Source: an uncultured Candidatus Saccharibacteria bacterium (lineage in GTDB: Bacteria; Patescibacteriota; Minisyncoccia; Portnoybacterales; UBA2143). From it: a DNA stretch of 41,294 nt. The notes beneath the pieces were generated by a model. It did not search any database, had not been told where the DNA came from, and worked only from the letters and a program-made list of their open reading frames with translations. Position 1 is the first letter of the stretch. Each line of letters opens with the position of its first letter. Location: positions 16,643-57,936 of the forward strand of contig CAYOWE010000001.1 in assembly GCA_964407595.1 (NCBI GenBank). Direction: 5' to 3'. The position numbers were made by a program, and so were the translations under genes. Shown here in pieces: positions 16,827 through 24,819 of this stretch.

Positions 16827-17315
16827 CTACCAGGCAAAATGAGCAAAGGCCTTATTAGCTTCGGCCATCCGATGGATGTCCTGTTTTTTCTTAACCGCTG
16901 TCCCGGTATTTTTGGAAGCGTCCAGCAATTCAGCAGCCAGTTTTTGAGCCATAGGTTTGCCTTTTTTAGCCCGCGCCGCCTGAATCAACCAGCGTATAGC
17001 TAAGGTAAGTCGTCTCTCGCCGCGCACTTCCCGAGGCACCTGATAATGAGCTCCGCCAATTCGACGCGACCTCACCTCAACTAAAGGAGAAGCATTTTTA
17101 ATCGCCTGGTCAAATATTTCCAAAGGGTCTTTGTCTTTTCCATCAGAGGCGGATCCAGTTGTTTTCTCTAATATTTCAAAAGCGCCATAAAACACTTTTT
17201 GGGCAACCGATTTTTTACCGTCTTTCATCAGATAATTAATAAATTGAGCCACTAAAGTATTATTATACCGAGGGTCAGGATCAATTATTCTTTTAAATTT
17301 TTTCTTTCTACGCAT
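16827..17315 (-). CDS. rpsG: 30S ribosomal protein S7
   Basis: S7 homology starts at MRRKKKFKRIIDPDPRYNN (ATG at 17313-17315). The longer ORF in the track would overlap rpsL. Confidence 0.93.
   Translation of the reverse strand: MRRKKKFKRIIDPDPRYNNTLVAQFINYLMKDGKKSVAQKVFYGAFEILEKTTGSASDGKDKDPLEIFDQAIKNASPLVEVRSRRIGGAHYQVPREVRGERRLTLAIRWLIQAARAKKGKPMAQKLAAELLDASKNTGTAVKKKQDIHRMAEANKAFAHFAW
17136..17158 (-). repeat. Partial copy of the module (encodes GSASDGK) inside S7
   Basis: The sequence is ttttccatcagaggcggatccag. Confidence 0.6.
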
Positions 17316-17325
17316 AAAATTTATT

Positions 17326-17862
17326 TTATTTACTCTCAGCTGGTTTAGTCTCCTCTTTTCCGCCTGAGGCGGATCCGCCTTTGGCGGGAATTTCTTCCGA
17401 GCCAACCGGAGCAGCTTCTGCTTCAGCAGCTTCGCTGGCTATTTTCTTTTCCTGGCCCGGCTTCTTAGTTCCATAGCGGCTTCTTTTTTGTTTACGATTT
17501 TCTACCCCCTCGCTATCTAAAACACCCCTGACAATATGGTAACGCACCCCGGGTAAGTCCTTAACCCGACCACCCCGCAGTAGAACTACTGAATGCTCCT
17601 GAAGATTATGACCAATGCCGGGAATGTAGGCAGTTACTTCCATGCCATTAGTTAATCTGACCCGAGCTACTTTACGCAAGGCGGAATTTGGTTTCTTGGG
17701 AGTAATTGTTTTGACACTTAGACAAACGCCTCGTTTAAAAGGTGAAGGAGACTTTTTCGGTTTGTTCTTAAGCAAATTAAAATTTCGCCAAAGAGCCGGC
17801 GCCTTTGGTTTTTTCCTCGTAATTTTTCTCGGTTTTTTAACTAATTGATGAATGGTCGGCAT
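17326..17862 (-). CDS. rpsL: 30S ribosomal protein S12 with ~40-aa C-terminal extension
   Basis: The 178-aa ORF begins [10 protein letters not shown] and contains [16 protein letters not shown]. Confidence 0.96.
   Translation of the reverse strand: MPTIHQLVKKPRKITRKKPKAPALWRNFNLLKNKPKKSPSPFKRGVCLSVKTITPKKPNSALRKVARVRLTNGMEVTAYIPGIGHNLQEHSVVLLRGGRVKDLPGVRYHIVRGVLDSEGVENRKQKRSRYGTKKPGQEKKIASEAAEAEAAPVGSEEIPAKGGSASGGKEETKPAESK
17356..17388 (-). repeat. GC-rich 33-nt in-frame module (encodes [11 protein letters not shown]) in the S12 C-terminal extension
   Basis: The sequence is ttttccgcctgaggcggatccgcctttggcggg, and 29 of 33 nt are identical to 6961-6993. Confidence 0.8.
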
Positions 17863-17884
17863 AAAAAAAATAACCCACTTAATT

Positions 17885-17913
17885 AAAATAGCAGATTATT
17901 TTTTAAATGTCAA
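17885..17913 (-). promoter_or_regulatory. Sigma70-type promoter of the str operon
   Basis: The minus strand reads TTGACA (17908-17913), a 17-nt spacer, then TATTTT (17885-17890), about 25 nt upstream of the rpsL ATG. Confidence 0.6.
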
Positions 17914-18040
17914 ACTAAATAACCCATTGACTCGGTTATCTGTATCAATAACCCTAAATGGAAAAAATATTTATTTGCCTACTTTTATTCCAAGATTTAA
18001 AATAAGTATGCTATATACGCCTGCCTGTGTTAATATTTTT

Positions 18041-18070
18041 AAACAAAAATACCGCTAAAATCAGCGGTAT
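18041..18070 (-). terminator. Rho-independent terminator after tRNA-His (T-runs on both strands)
   Basis: The stem pairs ataccgct with agcggtat (18049-18056 / 18063-18070). It is followed on the minus strand by ttttgttt. Confidence 0.6.
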
Positions 18071-18078
18071 TTTTCTTG

Positions 18079-18151
18079 GGTAACCAGAGAGAATCGAACT
18101 CTCATTGCCAGGACCACAACCTGGAGTTCTAACCGTTGAACTATGGTTACC
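18079..18151 (-). tRNA. tRNA-His (GUG) with encoded G-1
   Basis: I folded the cloverleaf by hand. The acceptor is gtaacca/tggttac with an extra 5' G opposite the discriminator C, the anticodon loop is ttGTGgt, and the T-loop is ttcgatt. Confidence 0.9.
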
Positions 18152-18217
18152 ATCTGGTCCCATCATCCGACAGGACTAATATCTATTACTAAATCAAAGA
18201 TTTAGATAAATATTTAG

Positions 18218-18290
18218 CGCGCCTGGTAGGAGTCGGACCTACGACCTACTCTTTAGAAGAGAGTTGCTCTATCCGCTGAGCTACAGGCGC
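18218..18290 (-). tRNA. tRNA-Arg (UCU)
   Basis: Hand-folded cloverleaf. The acceptor is gcgcctg/caggcgc, the anticodon loop is ctTCTaa, and the T-loop is tccgact (C at position 55). Confidence 0.88.
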
Positions 18291-18301
18291 TCAATTATAA
18301 T

Positions 18302-18330
18302 ACTATAACGAAAAACATCCAAAAAGTCAA
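18302..18330 (-). promoter_or_regulatory. Promoter of the tRNA-Arg/tRNA-His unit
   Basis: The minus strand reads TTGACT (18325-18330), 17 nt, then TATAGT (18302-18307). The tRNA 5' end lies ~12 nt downstream. Confidence 0.65.
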
Positions 18331-18338
18331 AACATATA

Positions 18339-18617
18339 TTACCTAAAGGGGTCAGAGTAATTAGTTAGCCTGACTCGGACTAAATTATTTAGCCGGATAT
18401 CCAAATTGTTTAATACTTTTTCCAAGGTTTCCTGGTTAATAACAACTCTTTCAATAGTTGGCTCTGGCTGAGTTTTTATAGTTAAATAAACGTATTGATA
18501 ATAAATCAAAAGATTAAGACAAATTAACAAACCAAAAATTATTCCTAAAATTACCAGGTAATGTTTCTTTAAAAAATTATATACTGCGGTCAGGGATATT
18601 TTCTTAATCATCTTCAT
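18339..18617 (-). CDS. Hypothetical single-pass membrane protein, last gene of the pilMNO-like cluster
   Basis: The 92-aa ORF has one hydrophobic segment. Only its context supports a role. Confidence 0.5.
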   Translation of the reverse strand: MKMIKKISLTAVYNFLKKHYLVILGIIFGLLICLNLLIYYQYVYLTIKTQPEPTIERVVINQETLEKVLNNLDIRLNNLVRVRLTNYSDPFR

Positions 18618-18654
18618 GAGAGTCAGACCCTCGAGAAAGTCTAACTCTATTGTA

Positions 18655-19233
18655 TTATTGGGTATAAATTTTAATACTTAAAATAGTTTCTAAATCACCT
18701 TCTTCTAAGGGAAAATCAAATCTAACTAAATCCTTGGCGGCTAATCTTTTAATGGATAAATTCTCTATTTCTACTAAACGGTAAGGCGGATAAGGATTAT
18801 CTTCCAAATTAGCCAAAAAAATAAGTAAGCTGGAAAAATCACCCCAAAGATAAATCTGAACATCAAGAAAGGGCCTTTCTTTATCGGTTAAGGGAGTATA
18901 AGGACTAATTGCTTTAATTTTAAAAAAATTATTGGTTTGTTGAGCGATCGTTTCCAGATTAGAGATAAAACCAACGGTCTCTTCAGACCCAAGAAAAACC
19001 CTGGCTATTTCTTTCAAATCAACTTCTCTCTCTTGATAGTTCCTCTGCAACTCCTTGGCCAAAGATTCCCGTTGGTTTAACTTAATCAAGATTTCTTGAT
19101 TTGATAAATACTCTTGAGAGAGAGCTTTGATTTTATCTAACAAAGGGAAAATTCCCAACCAACCCAAAAGAAATAAGCTGATTAAACCCAAACAGGTAAA
19201 CAGAATGATTTTTTTTTGAAGAGAAAGATTCAT
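18655..19233 (-). CDS. PilO-like type IV pilus assembly protein
   Basis: The 192-aa ORF has an N-terminal TM segment followed by a coiled coil. It overlaps the upstream PilN-like gene by 4 nt and follows pilM. Confidence 0.55.
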   Translation of the reverse strand: MNLSLQKKIILFTCLGLISLFLLGWLGIFPLLDKIKALSQEYLSNQEILIKLNQRESLAKELQRNYQEREVDLKEIARVFLGSEETVGFISNLETIAQQTNNFFKIKAISPYTPLTDKERPFLDVQIYLWGDFSSLLIFLANLEDNPYPPYRLVEIENLSIKRLAAKDLVRFDFPLEEGDLETILSIKIYTQ

Positions 19234-19775
19234 GGCTGAATAACTAGTTTAAGGGTAAAACTAAAATCTATATCGCTTTGCTTAATTAAATTAGATAAGG
19301 GTGCTTCAACTTCTTTAAAAAAAGAATTCTTTTCTAATGATTCTTGGAAATAAAGCAGATTTTCCCGCTGGTCAGCCCACCCATTTAAAGTAATTTGATT
19401 GTCAGTTGTTTGATAAAAAAAGTTAGTTAAATAAATCCCCGAAGGAACAATTTTAGTCATTTTTTCCAAAAGCGGTGTCCAAAGAATCATTTCTTCCTGT
19501 TTCAAATAAACTTGTTTGATGAGTTGATTAGTTTGTTTAATTTTTTCTTCGATTTCCAATATTTCTTGTGTTTTAGGATCGCTTTGTCTAATTTCTATTA
19601 ATTTTTTTTGTTCTTCTGAAAGAATAGATAAAGAGAAATAAGTGCTGACTAAAAGTAAGATAAAAATAATTAAAAAAAATAAAAAACAAACAGCTAAAGA
19701 AGCTATGAGACGACTAAGCTCAGCTGATTCTAAATTTTTTTTGTCTTGGAAAGGCAAAAGATTTAATTTCAACAT
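19230..19775 (-). CDS. PilN-like type IV pilus assembly protein
   Basis: The 181-aa ORF has an N-terminal TM segment and lies immediately downstream of pilM. Confidence 0.55.
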   Translation of the reverse strand: MLKLNLLPFQDKKNLESAELSRLIASLAVCFLFFLIIFILLLVSTYFSLSILSEEQKKLIEIRQSDPKTQEILEIEEKIKQTNQLIKQVYLKQEEMILWTPLLEKMTKIVPSGIYLTNFFYQTTDNQITLNGWADQRENLLYFQESLEKNSFFKEVEAPLSNLIKQSDIDFSFTLKLVIQP

Positions 19776-19776
19776 T

Positions 19777-20853
19777 TTATCTTACTTCTCTTAAAGCCAA
19801 ACCTAAGGCAGTCGTATAAGTTAAGGTCTCTTTTTTAGGTAAAAGGGATGGCTGGACCAGAGATTTTTCTTTATCTGGAGGAAAAATATTAATCAGCGGA
19901 TTGCCCAGTTCAACTGGCAAATCCAATTTTTCCTCAAGGTAAGAAGGTAAATTAAGTAAAAGAGAATCACCGCCGCAAAGCAAAACTTGCCTAATAACGC
20001 CGTCAGGTCCAAAAATATGGGCGGCCTGGCCATGATAAAAAGTAATATAATCCTTAAGTTGTTTAGCTAAGTTATTAGCCAAAGGTTCTAAGGCCTGATA
20101 AACCTTTTCTTCTTTTTTATCTAAACCGATTTTGATTTTTGATTGATTAGCCTGTTTTTCGTCAACGGCTAAATTTTCCATAATAGCCCGATTAAAGAGC
20201 TGACCGGAAACGGCAATATGAGAAGTAAAGCAAATAGCGGAAGCAGAAAAAATTACAAAGTTAGTTCCGCTGGCTCCTAAATCAACAATAATTGTTGGCG
20301 TAAAATCATTGGGGTTGATTAAACTACGGACAACCGCCACCGATTCCGGCTCTAAGGCAATTGGTTCTAGACCAGCTTTTTTCAAAAAACTCAAATAACT
20401 ATCAACTAAAAAGCGAGGAGCGGCGGCAATTTGGATATTATAATGGTCAAAATGATTATTAGGCCGCTCGATAATCTGCCAATCTAAATAAACTTCGTCA
20501 ACACTTAAAGGGATATGCGCCTCGGTCTCCCACTTAACTGCTTGGTTGAGTTCTTCTTCTTTCATTAAAGGTAATTGAATAACTCGGGTAAAAACTTTCT
20601 CTTCGGGTAAATTGCAGATAACTTGTTTTTTTTGATAAAACTCTCCTTTAATTTTTTTTAAAGCTTCTTTTAAAATAGCGGTTAATTCTTTCTCATTCTT
20701 GATTTCTCCCCCTTTAATAAAACCAGCCGGAATATCTTCTTTAACAAAATCAACTAGAGATAGTCCTTGTTTTTTTCTCTTTAGCTGGACTATTTTAAGA
20801 GTCAGATCACTTAAATCCAAGCCAAGGGTTGGTTTTTTAAAAAATTCAAACAT
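19777..20853 (-). CDS. pilM: Type IV pilus assembly protein PilM (actin-like ATPase fold)
   Basis: The 358-aa ORF has a GLDLS...VDLGASGTN actin-fold phosphate motif pattern. Confidence 0.75.
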   Translation of the reverse strand: MFEFFKKPTLGLDLSDLTLKIVQLKRKKQGLSLVDFVKEDIPAGFIKGGEIKNEKELTAILKEALKKIKGEFYQKKQVICNLPEEKVFTRVIQLPLMKEEELNQAVKWETEAHIPLSVDEVYLDWQIIERPNNHFDHYNIQIAAAPRFLVDSYLSFLKKAGLEPIALEPESVAVVRSLINPNDFTPTIIVDLGASGTNFVIFSASAICFTSHIAVSGQLFNRAIMENLAVDEKQANQSKIKIGLDKKEEKVYQALEPLANNLAKQLKDYITFYHGQAAHIFGPDGVIRQVLLCGGDSLLLNLPSYLEEKLDLPVELGNPLINIFPPDKEKSLVQPSLLPKKETLTYTTALGLALREVR

Positions 20854-20861
20854 GTTTATTG

Positions 20862-21305
20862 TTATTTTATCATTTTTCTTTTAGCTAGCCAAGACTGGCG
20901 CCTTTTTAAAAAAAGCGCTGGGCCAGCAACCAGTAAAACTCCTGAACCATCAATAAGGACATCTCTTAAAGAAGCATTCCTCCCTAAAATAAAACTCTGA
21001 TGATATTCATCGGCCAAAGCATAGCCCATAGCTAAAATAACGGCTAAAATTAAAATCTTCTTTTTAGTTAATTGGTGTCCCCGGAGGGCTTGAATTAAAA
21101 GAAGAGTCAAAATAGCATATTCTAAAAAATGAGCTGATTTGGCCAAAACAAAATCCCATATTTTAGGCAGACCAGAGCTTAAATCTGGCTGATGAGAAAG
21201 AAAAAAAATTAAACCAGCCCAGAGGACTACTAATGACCACTTTCCAATAATTTTTATGGTGAGTTTTGTCGAATCCATTATAGTGAGTTTGCAAGTTACA
21301 TTCAT
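20862..21305 (-). CDS. VanZ-like membrane protein
   Basis: The 147-aa ORF has 4 TM segments and contains SAHFLEYAILT...DEYHQSFILGRNASLRDVLID. Confidence 0.7.
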   Translation of the reverse strand: MNVTCKLTIMDSTKLTIKIIGKWSLVVLWAGLIFFLSHQPDLSSGLPKIWDFVLAKSAHFLEYAILTLLLIQALRGHQLTKKKILILAVILAMGYALADEYHQSFILGRNASLRDVLIDGSGVLLVAGPALFLKRRQSWLAKRKMIK

Positions 21306-21356
21306 AGAAAAAGAAAAGCCGCTCTACGTTAATTAGTTTAACACAATGCGGCTTTT
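21306..21356 (-). terminator. Rho-independent terminator
   Basis: The stem pairs aaagccgc with gcggcttt (21315-21322 / 21348-21355). It is followed on the minus strand by tctttttc. Confidence 0.5.
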
Positions 21357-21376
21357 AAGAAAAACGATTAAGGCAT

Positions 21377-21643
21377 CTATTTGACAATTACCTTGTCTTG
21401 CAAGTCATGTAAATCTTTGATAATGCCTGGAATTTCTTGTTCTGCTCTGGACGAAGACAAAAGAGAGACAATTAGTTCATCTAAGATCTGGAAAAGTTCT
21501 TTTGGACTAAGTTGGTCATTATCTACCTTAATTCTGGTTTCTGTCAATTTCTGTCGCGCCTGATTAAGCATTTGAATCAGCAAGTCAATACTCGCCTGGG
21601 ATTCGTTTATACCCTTGATTAATTTTTTCTTGTAGTTCACCAT
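21377..21643 (-). CDS. Hypothetical helical protein
   Basis: The 88-aa ORF is preceded by a strong SD (aaggagggg). Confidence 0.5.
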   Translation of the reverse strand: MVNYKKKLIKGINESQASIDLLIQMLNQARQKLTETRIKVDNDQLSPKELFQILDELIVSLLSSSRAEQEIPGIIKDLHDLQDKVIVK

Positions 21644-21679
21644 CCCCTCCTTTATTTTTAGAGATTTTAAGACTAAAAA

Positions 21680-23395
21680 CTAAAAACTTTCCAAAAAATC
21701 CTTTAACGATTGACTGTTTAAAATGTTCTTTTTGGCGGCCCAGCCACGGCGGGCTTGGGCAATGCCTAATTCTATTAAAGATAAACCTACTTGAGAATGA
21801 GCATCGCTACTGATAACTAACTCAACTTCTGCTTTAATAGCTTTTCTAATATCAACATCCCTTAAGTCCAAACGTTCTGGTTGAGCATTAATCTCCAGAG
21901 CTGTCTTGGTTCTTTTAGCAGCTTTGAAGATTTGTTCAAAATCCAATTGATAGGCCTCTCTTTGAAAAATTCTGCGGCCAGTGGGATGACCAATAATATC
22001 TACATTAGGATTTTCCATGGCTCGAATAATCCGTTGAGTCATTTCTTTCTTAGGCATTTTGTATTTAGAATGAATCGCGGCCACCACGATATCCAATTTA
22101 GACAAAACTTCATCTCTAATATCTATTGCGCCGTTAGTCCTAATATTAGCTTCACATCCCTTAAGAATCTTGATTCCCCTTAAGCGACTGTTAATTTTAT
22201 CTATTTCTTCCATTTGACGCAAAAGTTTTTTTTCATCTAAACCATTAGCCACTTTTAAGTCCTTGGTATGGTCAGTAATAACTAAATATTGATAACCTAT
22301 TTTCTTAGCGGCCTTGGCCATTTCTTCTATGCTCTGCATTCCATCGCTCCAGTCAGTATGACAATGACAGTCACCTTTAATCTCGTCATAGCCAATTATT
22401 TTAGGCAATTGACCAGCCAGGGCTGCCTCAATTTCTCCCGTATTGTTTCTTAATTCCGGTTCAACATAGGGCAAGCCAATTGATTGATAAACTTTTTTTT
22501 CTGTTTGACCAGTTACTCTTTTTTTACCTCGCCAAACACCATATTCATTTAATTTTAATCCTTTTTGTTGAGCCAGCCGCCGAGTTAAAATATTATGGTC
22601 TTTGCTGCCTGTAAAATACTGGAGAGCCGCTCCAAAACTTTGTTTTTTAATTACCCGCAAGTCGCCATCAAAACCGCCTTTAAAACGAACAGATGATTTA
22701 GTTGACCCCTTGGCCCAAACCTTAACTATCTCAGGCATCTGGACAAAAAAATTCATTACTTTTTCCGGTTTTGGAGAAGTAACTAAAACATCAATATCAC
22801 CAATTGTTTCTTTCATGCGCCTGATTGAACCAGCCACGCTAACTTTTTCTACTTGAGGCAATTTATCCAGACGGCCAATAATTTGTCTGACTATTGGTAA
22901 AATCAAGCCAAGTAAAAAACGGCCTTTCCCCGTTTTGACAAAAGCAATGCTTTGTAAAATATTCTTTTCACTTTTTTCGCCAAAACCAGCCAATTTTTTT
23001 ATCTTGCCTGCCTGGGCAGCTTTTTCTAAATCATTTAAATTTCTAATCTTTAACTTTTTGTAAAGAATTTTTATCTTTCTTGGTCCTAAACTTTCAACTG
23101 ATGTCAATGAATCAAGGTCAACCGGAGATTCTTTTTTAAGTCTTTGATAGGCCTTTATTTGGCCGATTTTAATAAATTCTTCTATTTTTGAGGCAAGGCC
23201 CCGGCCAATCCCAGGAATCTTTTGTAAGGCCCCTAACCCACCCTCTTGATAAATCCCGCCCACATCTTTTTCCAAAGATTCTAAAACCCGAGCTGCCTTA
23301 CGGTAAGCTCGGGATTCAAAAAAAGTATCTTCCTCTTTCATCTCTAATAAATCAGCCATCTGGCCAAAAATTTGAGCTAACTCTAAATTTTTCAT
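21680..23395 (-). CDS. polX: DNA polymerase X family protein with C-terminal PHP domain
   Basis: The 571-aa ORF has an N-terminal HhH region, a GSIRR...GDIDVLV nucleotidyltransferase motif and an HCHTDWSDG PHP motif. Confidence 0.85.
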   Translation of the reverse strand: MKNLELAQIFGQMADLLEMKEEDTFFESRAYRKAARVLESLEKDVGGIYQEGGLGALQKIPGIGRGLASKIEEFIKIGQIKAYQRLKKESPVDLDSLTSVESLGPRKIKILYKKLKIRNLNDLEKAAQAGKIKKLAGFGEKSEKNILQSIAFVKTGKGRFLLGLILPIVRQIIGRLDKLPQVEKVSVAGSIRRMKETIGDIDVLVTSPKPEKVMNFFVQMPEIVKVWAKGSTKSSVRFKGGFDGDLRVIKKQSFGAALQYFTGSKDHNILTRRLAQQKGLKLNEYGVWRGKKRVTGQTEKKVYQSIGLPYVEPELRNNTGEIEAALAGQLPKIIGYDEIKGDCHCHTDWSDGMQSIEEMAKAAKKIGYQYLVITDHTKDLKVANGLDEKKLLRQMEEIDKINSRLRGIKILKGCEANIRTNGAIDIRDEVLSKLDIVVAAIHSKYKMPKKEMTQRIIRAMENPNVDIIGHPTGRRIFQREAYQLDFEQIFKAAKRTKTALEINAQPERLDLRDVDIRKAIKAEVELVISSDAHSQVGLSLIELGIAQARRGWAAKKNILNSQSLKDFLESF

Positions 23396-23404
23396 TCTTT
23401 TAAG

Positions 23405-23441
23405 GGACTGTATCTTAGGGACAGTCCCTGAGATACAGTCC
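23405..23441. repeat. Near-perfect 37-nt palindrome in the polX|6-TM gene spacer
   Basis: The arms are ggactgtatcttagggac and gtccctgagatacagtcc around a single central a. There is one G:T position. Confidence 0.85.
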
Positions 23442-23446
23442 TTCGG

Positions 23447-24088
23447 TCATTCTTTGGGATAAGGCGGACGAATACCTTTGCCTGGCAGTGTTCTGATTGT
23501 TTTTTTATCTTTAGGATATATCTGTTTATAAATAAAAAATGGCAGAAAGGCGCTGAACAAAATAAAGATTATTGCCAGAATAAAAAGAACATTAAAACCA
23601 AATCGATGTGCAATTATCCCTCCTAAGGCCCCGGCCATTCCTGCGCCAACGCCAATTAAAGCAGCCCTGATACTCCAATTGGATGCTTCTTTACCTTTGT
23701 CAATATGCCGAGTAAAGACAGCCGCATAAGCGGATACATTCATACCCATACCAATAGCGTAAAACACTTGTAGAAAATAAATATGCCAGGGCAAACGAGA
23801 AAAAATATAGGCAAAGACCACTGAAGCAGCTAAAATATTGCCAATAATAATAAAAAAAAGGTCATCTTTTTCTCCGTGATTTTTATCTAAATACCGACCA
23901 AAGGGAATAACCACTAAAGACATGACAATCCAATAAATAGCTGCGGCATAACCAACTACCTCCACATTGCCGCCTTGAATCCGTTCGGTTAAAAAAATAG
24001 CAAAGATAGGACTAATAAAACCAAACCCGCTAACCAAAGCCACATCAGAAAGAATTAAAATTTTAATCACTTTATTAATCAGTTTCAT
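23447..24088 (-). CDS. Six-TM membrane protein, MFS-like half-size
   Basis: The 213-aa hydrophobic ORF has an FGRYLDK-like loop. Confidence 0.45.
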   Translation of the reverse strand: MKLINKVIKILILSDVALVSGFGFISPIFAIFLTERIQGGNVEVVGYAAAIYWIVMSLVVIPFGRYLDKNHGEKDDLFFIIIGNILAASVVFAYIFSRLPWHIYFLQVFYAIGMGMNVSAYAAVFTRHIDKGKEASNWSIRAALIGVGAGMAGALGGIIAHRFGFNVLFILAIIFILFSAFLPFFIYKQIYPKDKKTIRTLPGKGIRPPYPKE

Positions 24089-24092
24089 AATC

Positions 24093-24326
24093 CTATAATA
24101 AATCCTTTGACCAAGGATGACAAGTAGCTATTCTCTTTATTCCCAGCCAAAGACCCTTAAAGACACCTTTTTCTTCTATAGCTTGATAGGTGTATTGAGA
24201 ACAAGTTGGATAATGACGGCATTGTCCTAAAAGTCGCAAAATTGGCAACCAGCCATGGTCCGGCGAAATAGTTTTCTGATAAATTTTAATTAAGAAGAGA
24301 ATAAAGAGTTTAAGCATTTTTCCCAA
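24093..24326 (-). CDS. yidD: Membrane protein insertion efficiency factor YidD
   Basis: The 77-aa ORF contains ISP...[19 protein letters not shown]...ATCHPW. The start may be the internal Met at 24315-24317. Confidence 0.85.
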   Translation of the reverse strand: MGKMLKLFILFLIKIYQKTISPDHGWLPILRLLGQCRHYPTCSQYTYQAIEEKGVFKGLWLGIKRIATCHPWSKDLL

Positions 24327-24392
24327 CGAGTATAAGAAAAACCGCTTGTTCTATATAGAACTTGGGCATTTCTCTCATTATACCAATCAAAG

Positions 24393-24442
24393 GAAAATAA
24401 AAAAGGCCTGTGGAAATTGGTTTTTATTCAATCCAACAGACC
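24393..24442 (-). terminator. Rho-independent terminator after the zinc-ribbon gene
   Basis: The minus strand reads ggtctgttgga...tccacaggcc followed by ttttttatttt. Confidence 0.6.
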
Positions 24443-24453
24443 CTAAGTTAAAA

Positions 24454-24672
24454 TTACGGCGGTTTAGCCATTCCCTTTAAAGGATATCCTTGTTTCAAAA
24501 TAGCCACTAGATTGGGTAAATATTCTGCTCTCAAGCCGTTAATCCTGAATCTCTTTTTGCATAAATTACAGAAGAAAATAGCCTCTTCTGTAGGCATGCC
24601 TACATTTTCTATCCTTAAAAAAGAAATATCTTTTCCCTTACAGCCAGGGCATTGGTATTCATGTTCATTCAT
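24454..24672 (-). CDS. Small zinc-ribbon protein (CxxC...CxxC), function unknown
   Basis: The 72-aa ORF has its own promoter, a strong SD (aggagg) and a terminator. Confidence 0.6.
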   Translation of the reverse strand: MNEHEYQCPGCKGKDISFLRIENVGMPTEEAIFFCNLCKKRFRINGLRAEYLPNLVAILKQGYPLKGMAKPP

Positions 24673-24723
24673 TTCTTCCTCCTTCTTGCCGATTTCTTTT
24701 TTTTAAGGAGCTTCTTTCCCCGC

Positions 24724-24752
24724 AGATTAACAAATTGACTAATGACTGTCAA
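24724..24752 (-). promoter_or_regulatory. Promoter of the zinc-ribbon gene
   Basis: The minus strand reads TTGACA (24747-24752), 17 nt, then TAATCT (24724-24729). The -35 box lies within the palindrome ttgactaatgactgtcaa. Confidence 0.5.
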
Positions 24753-24819
24753 GTATATGTAATGAAGGGGATAAAATGGAAATAAATAAAATAAAGTCAG
24801 AGGAAATTATACATTTTTT

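Noticed and set aside
17316-17405. Apparent 80-nt overlap of rpsG with rpsL, and similar N-terminal ORF extensions of tuf (14060..14113), rplC (12288..12374), the EndoQ-like gene (26116..26151), the O-antigen-ligase-like gene (27675..27731) and the 637-aa ORF (37775..37801).
   Set aside because: In every case homology or a sensible N-terminus begins at an internal ATG, and the extension reads through a repeat or hairpin. They are artefacts of maximal ORF calling, not programmed overlaps.
23447-24088. Whether the 213-aa MFS-like protein is a truncated pseudogene.
   Set aside because: The ORF is intact, begins 4 nt after the yidD stop codon and has six clean TM segments. No remnant of a second half is visible on either side, so I kept it as a CDS at low functional confidence.
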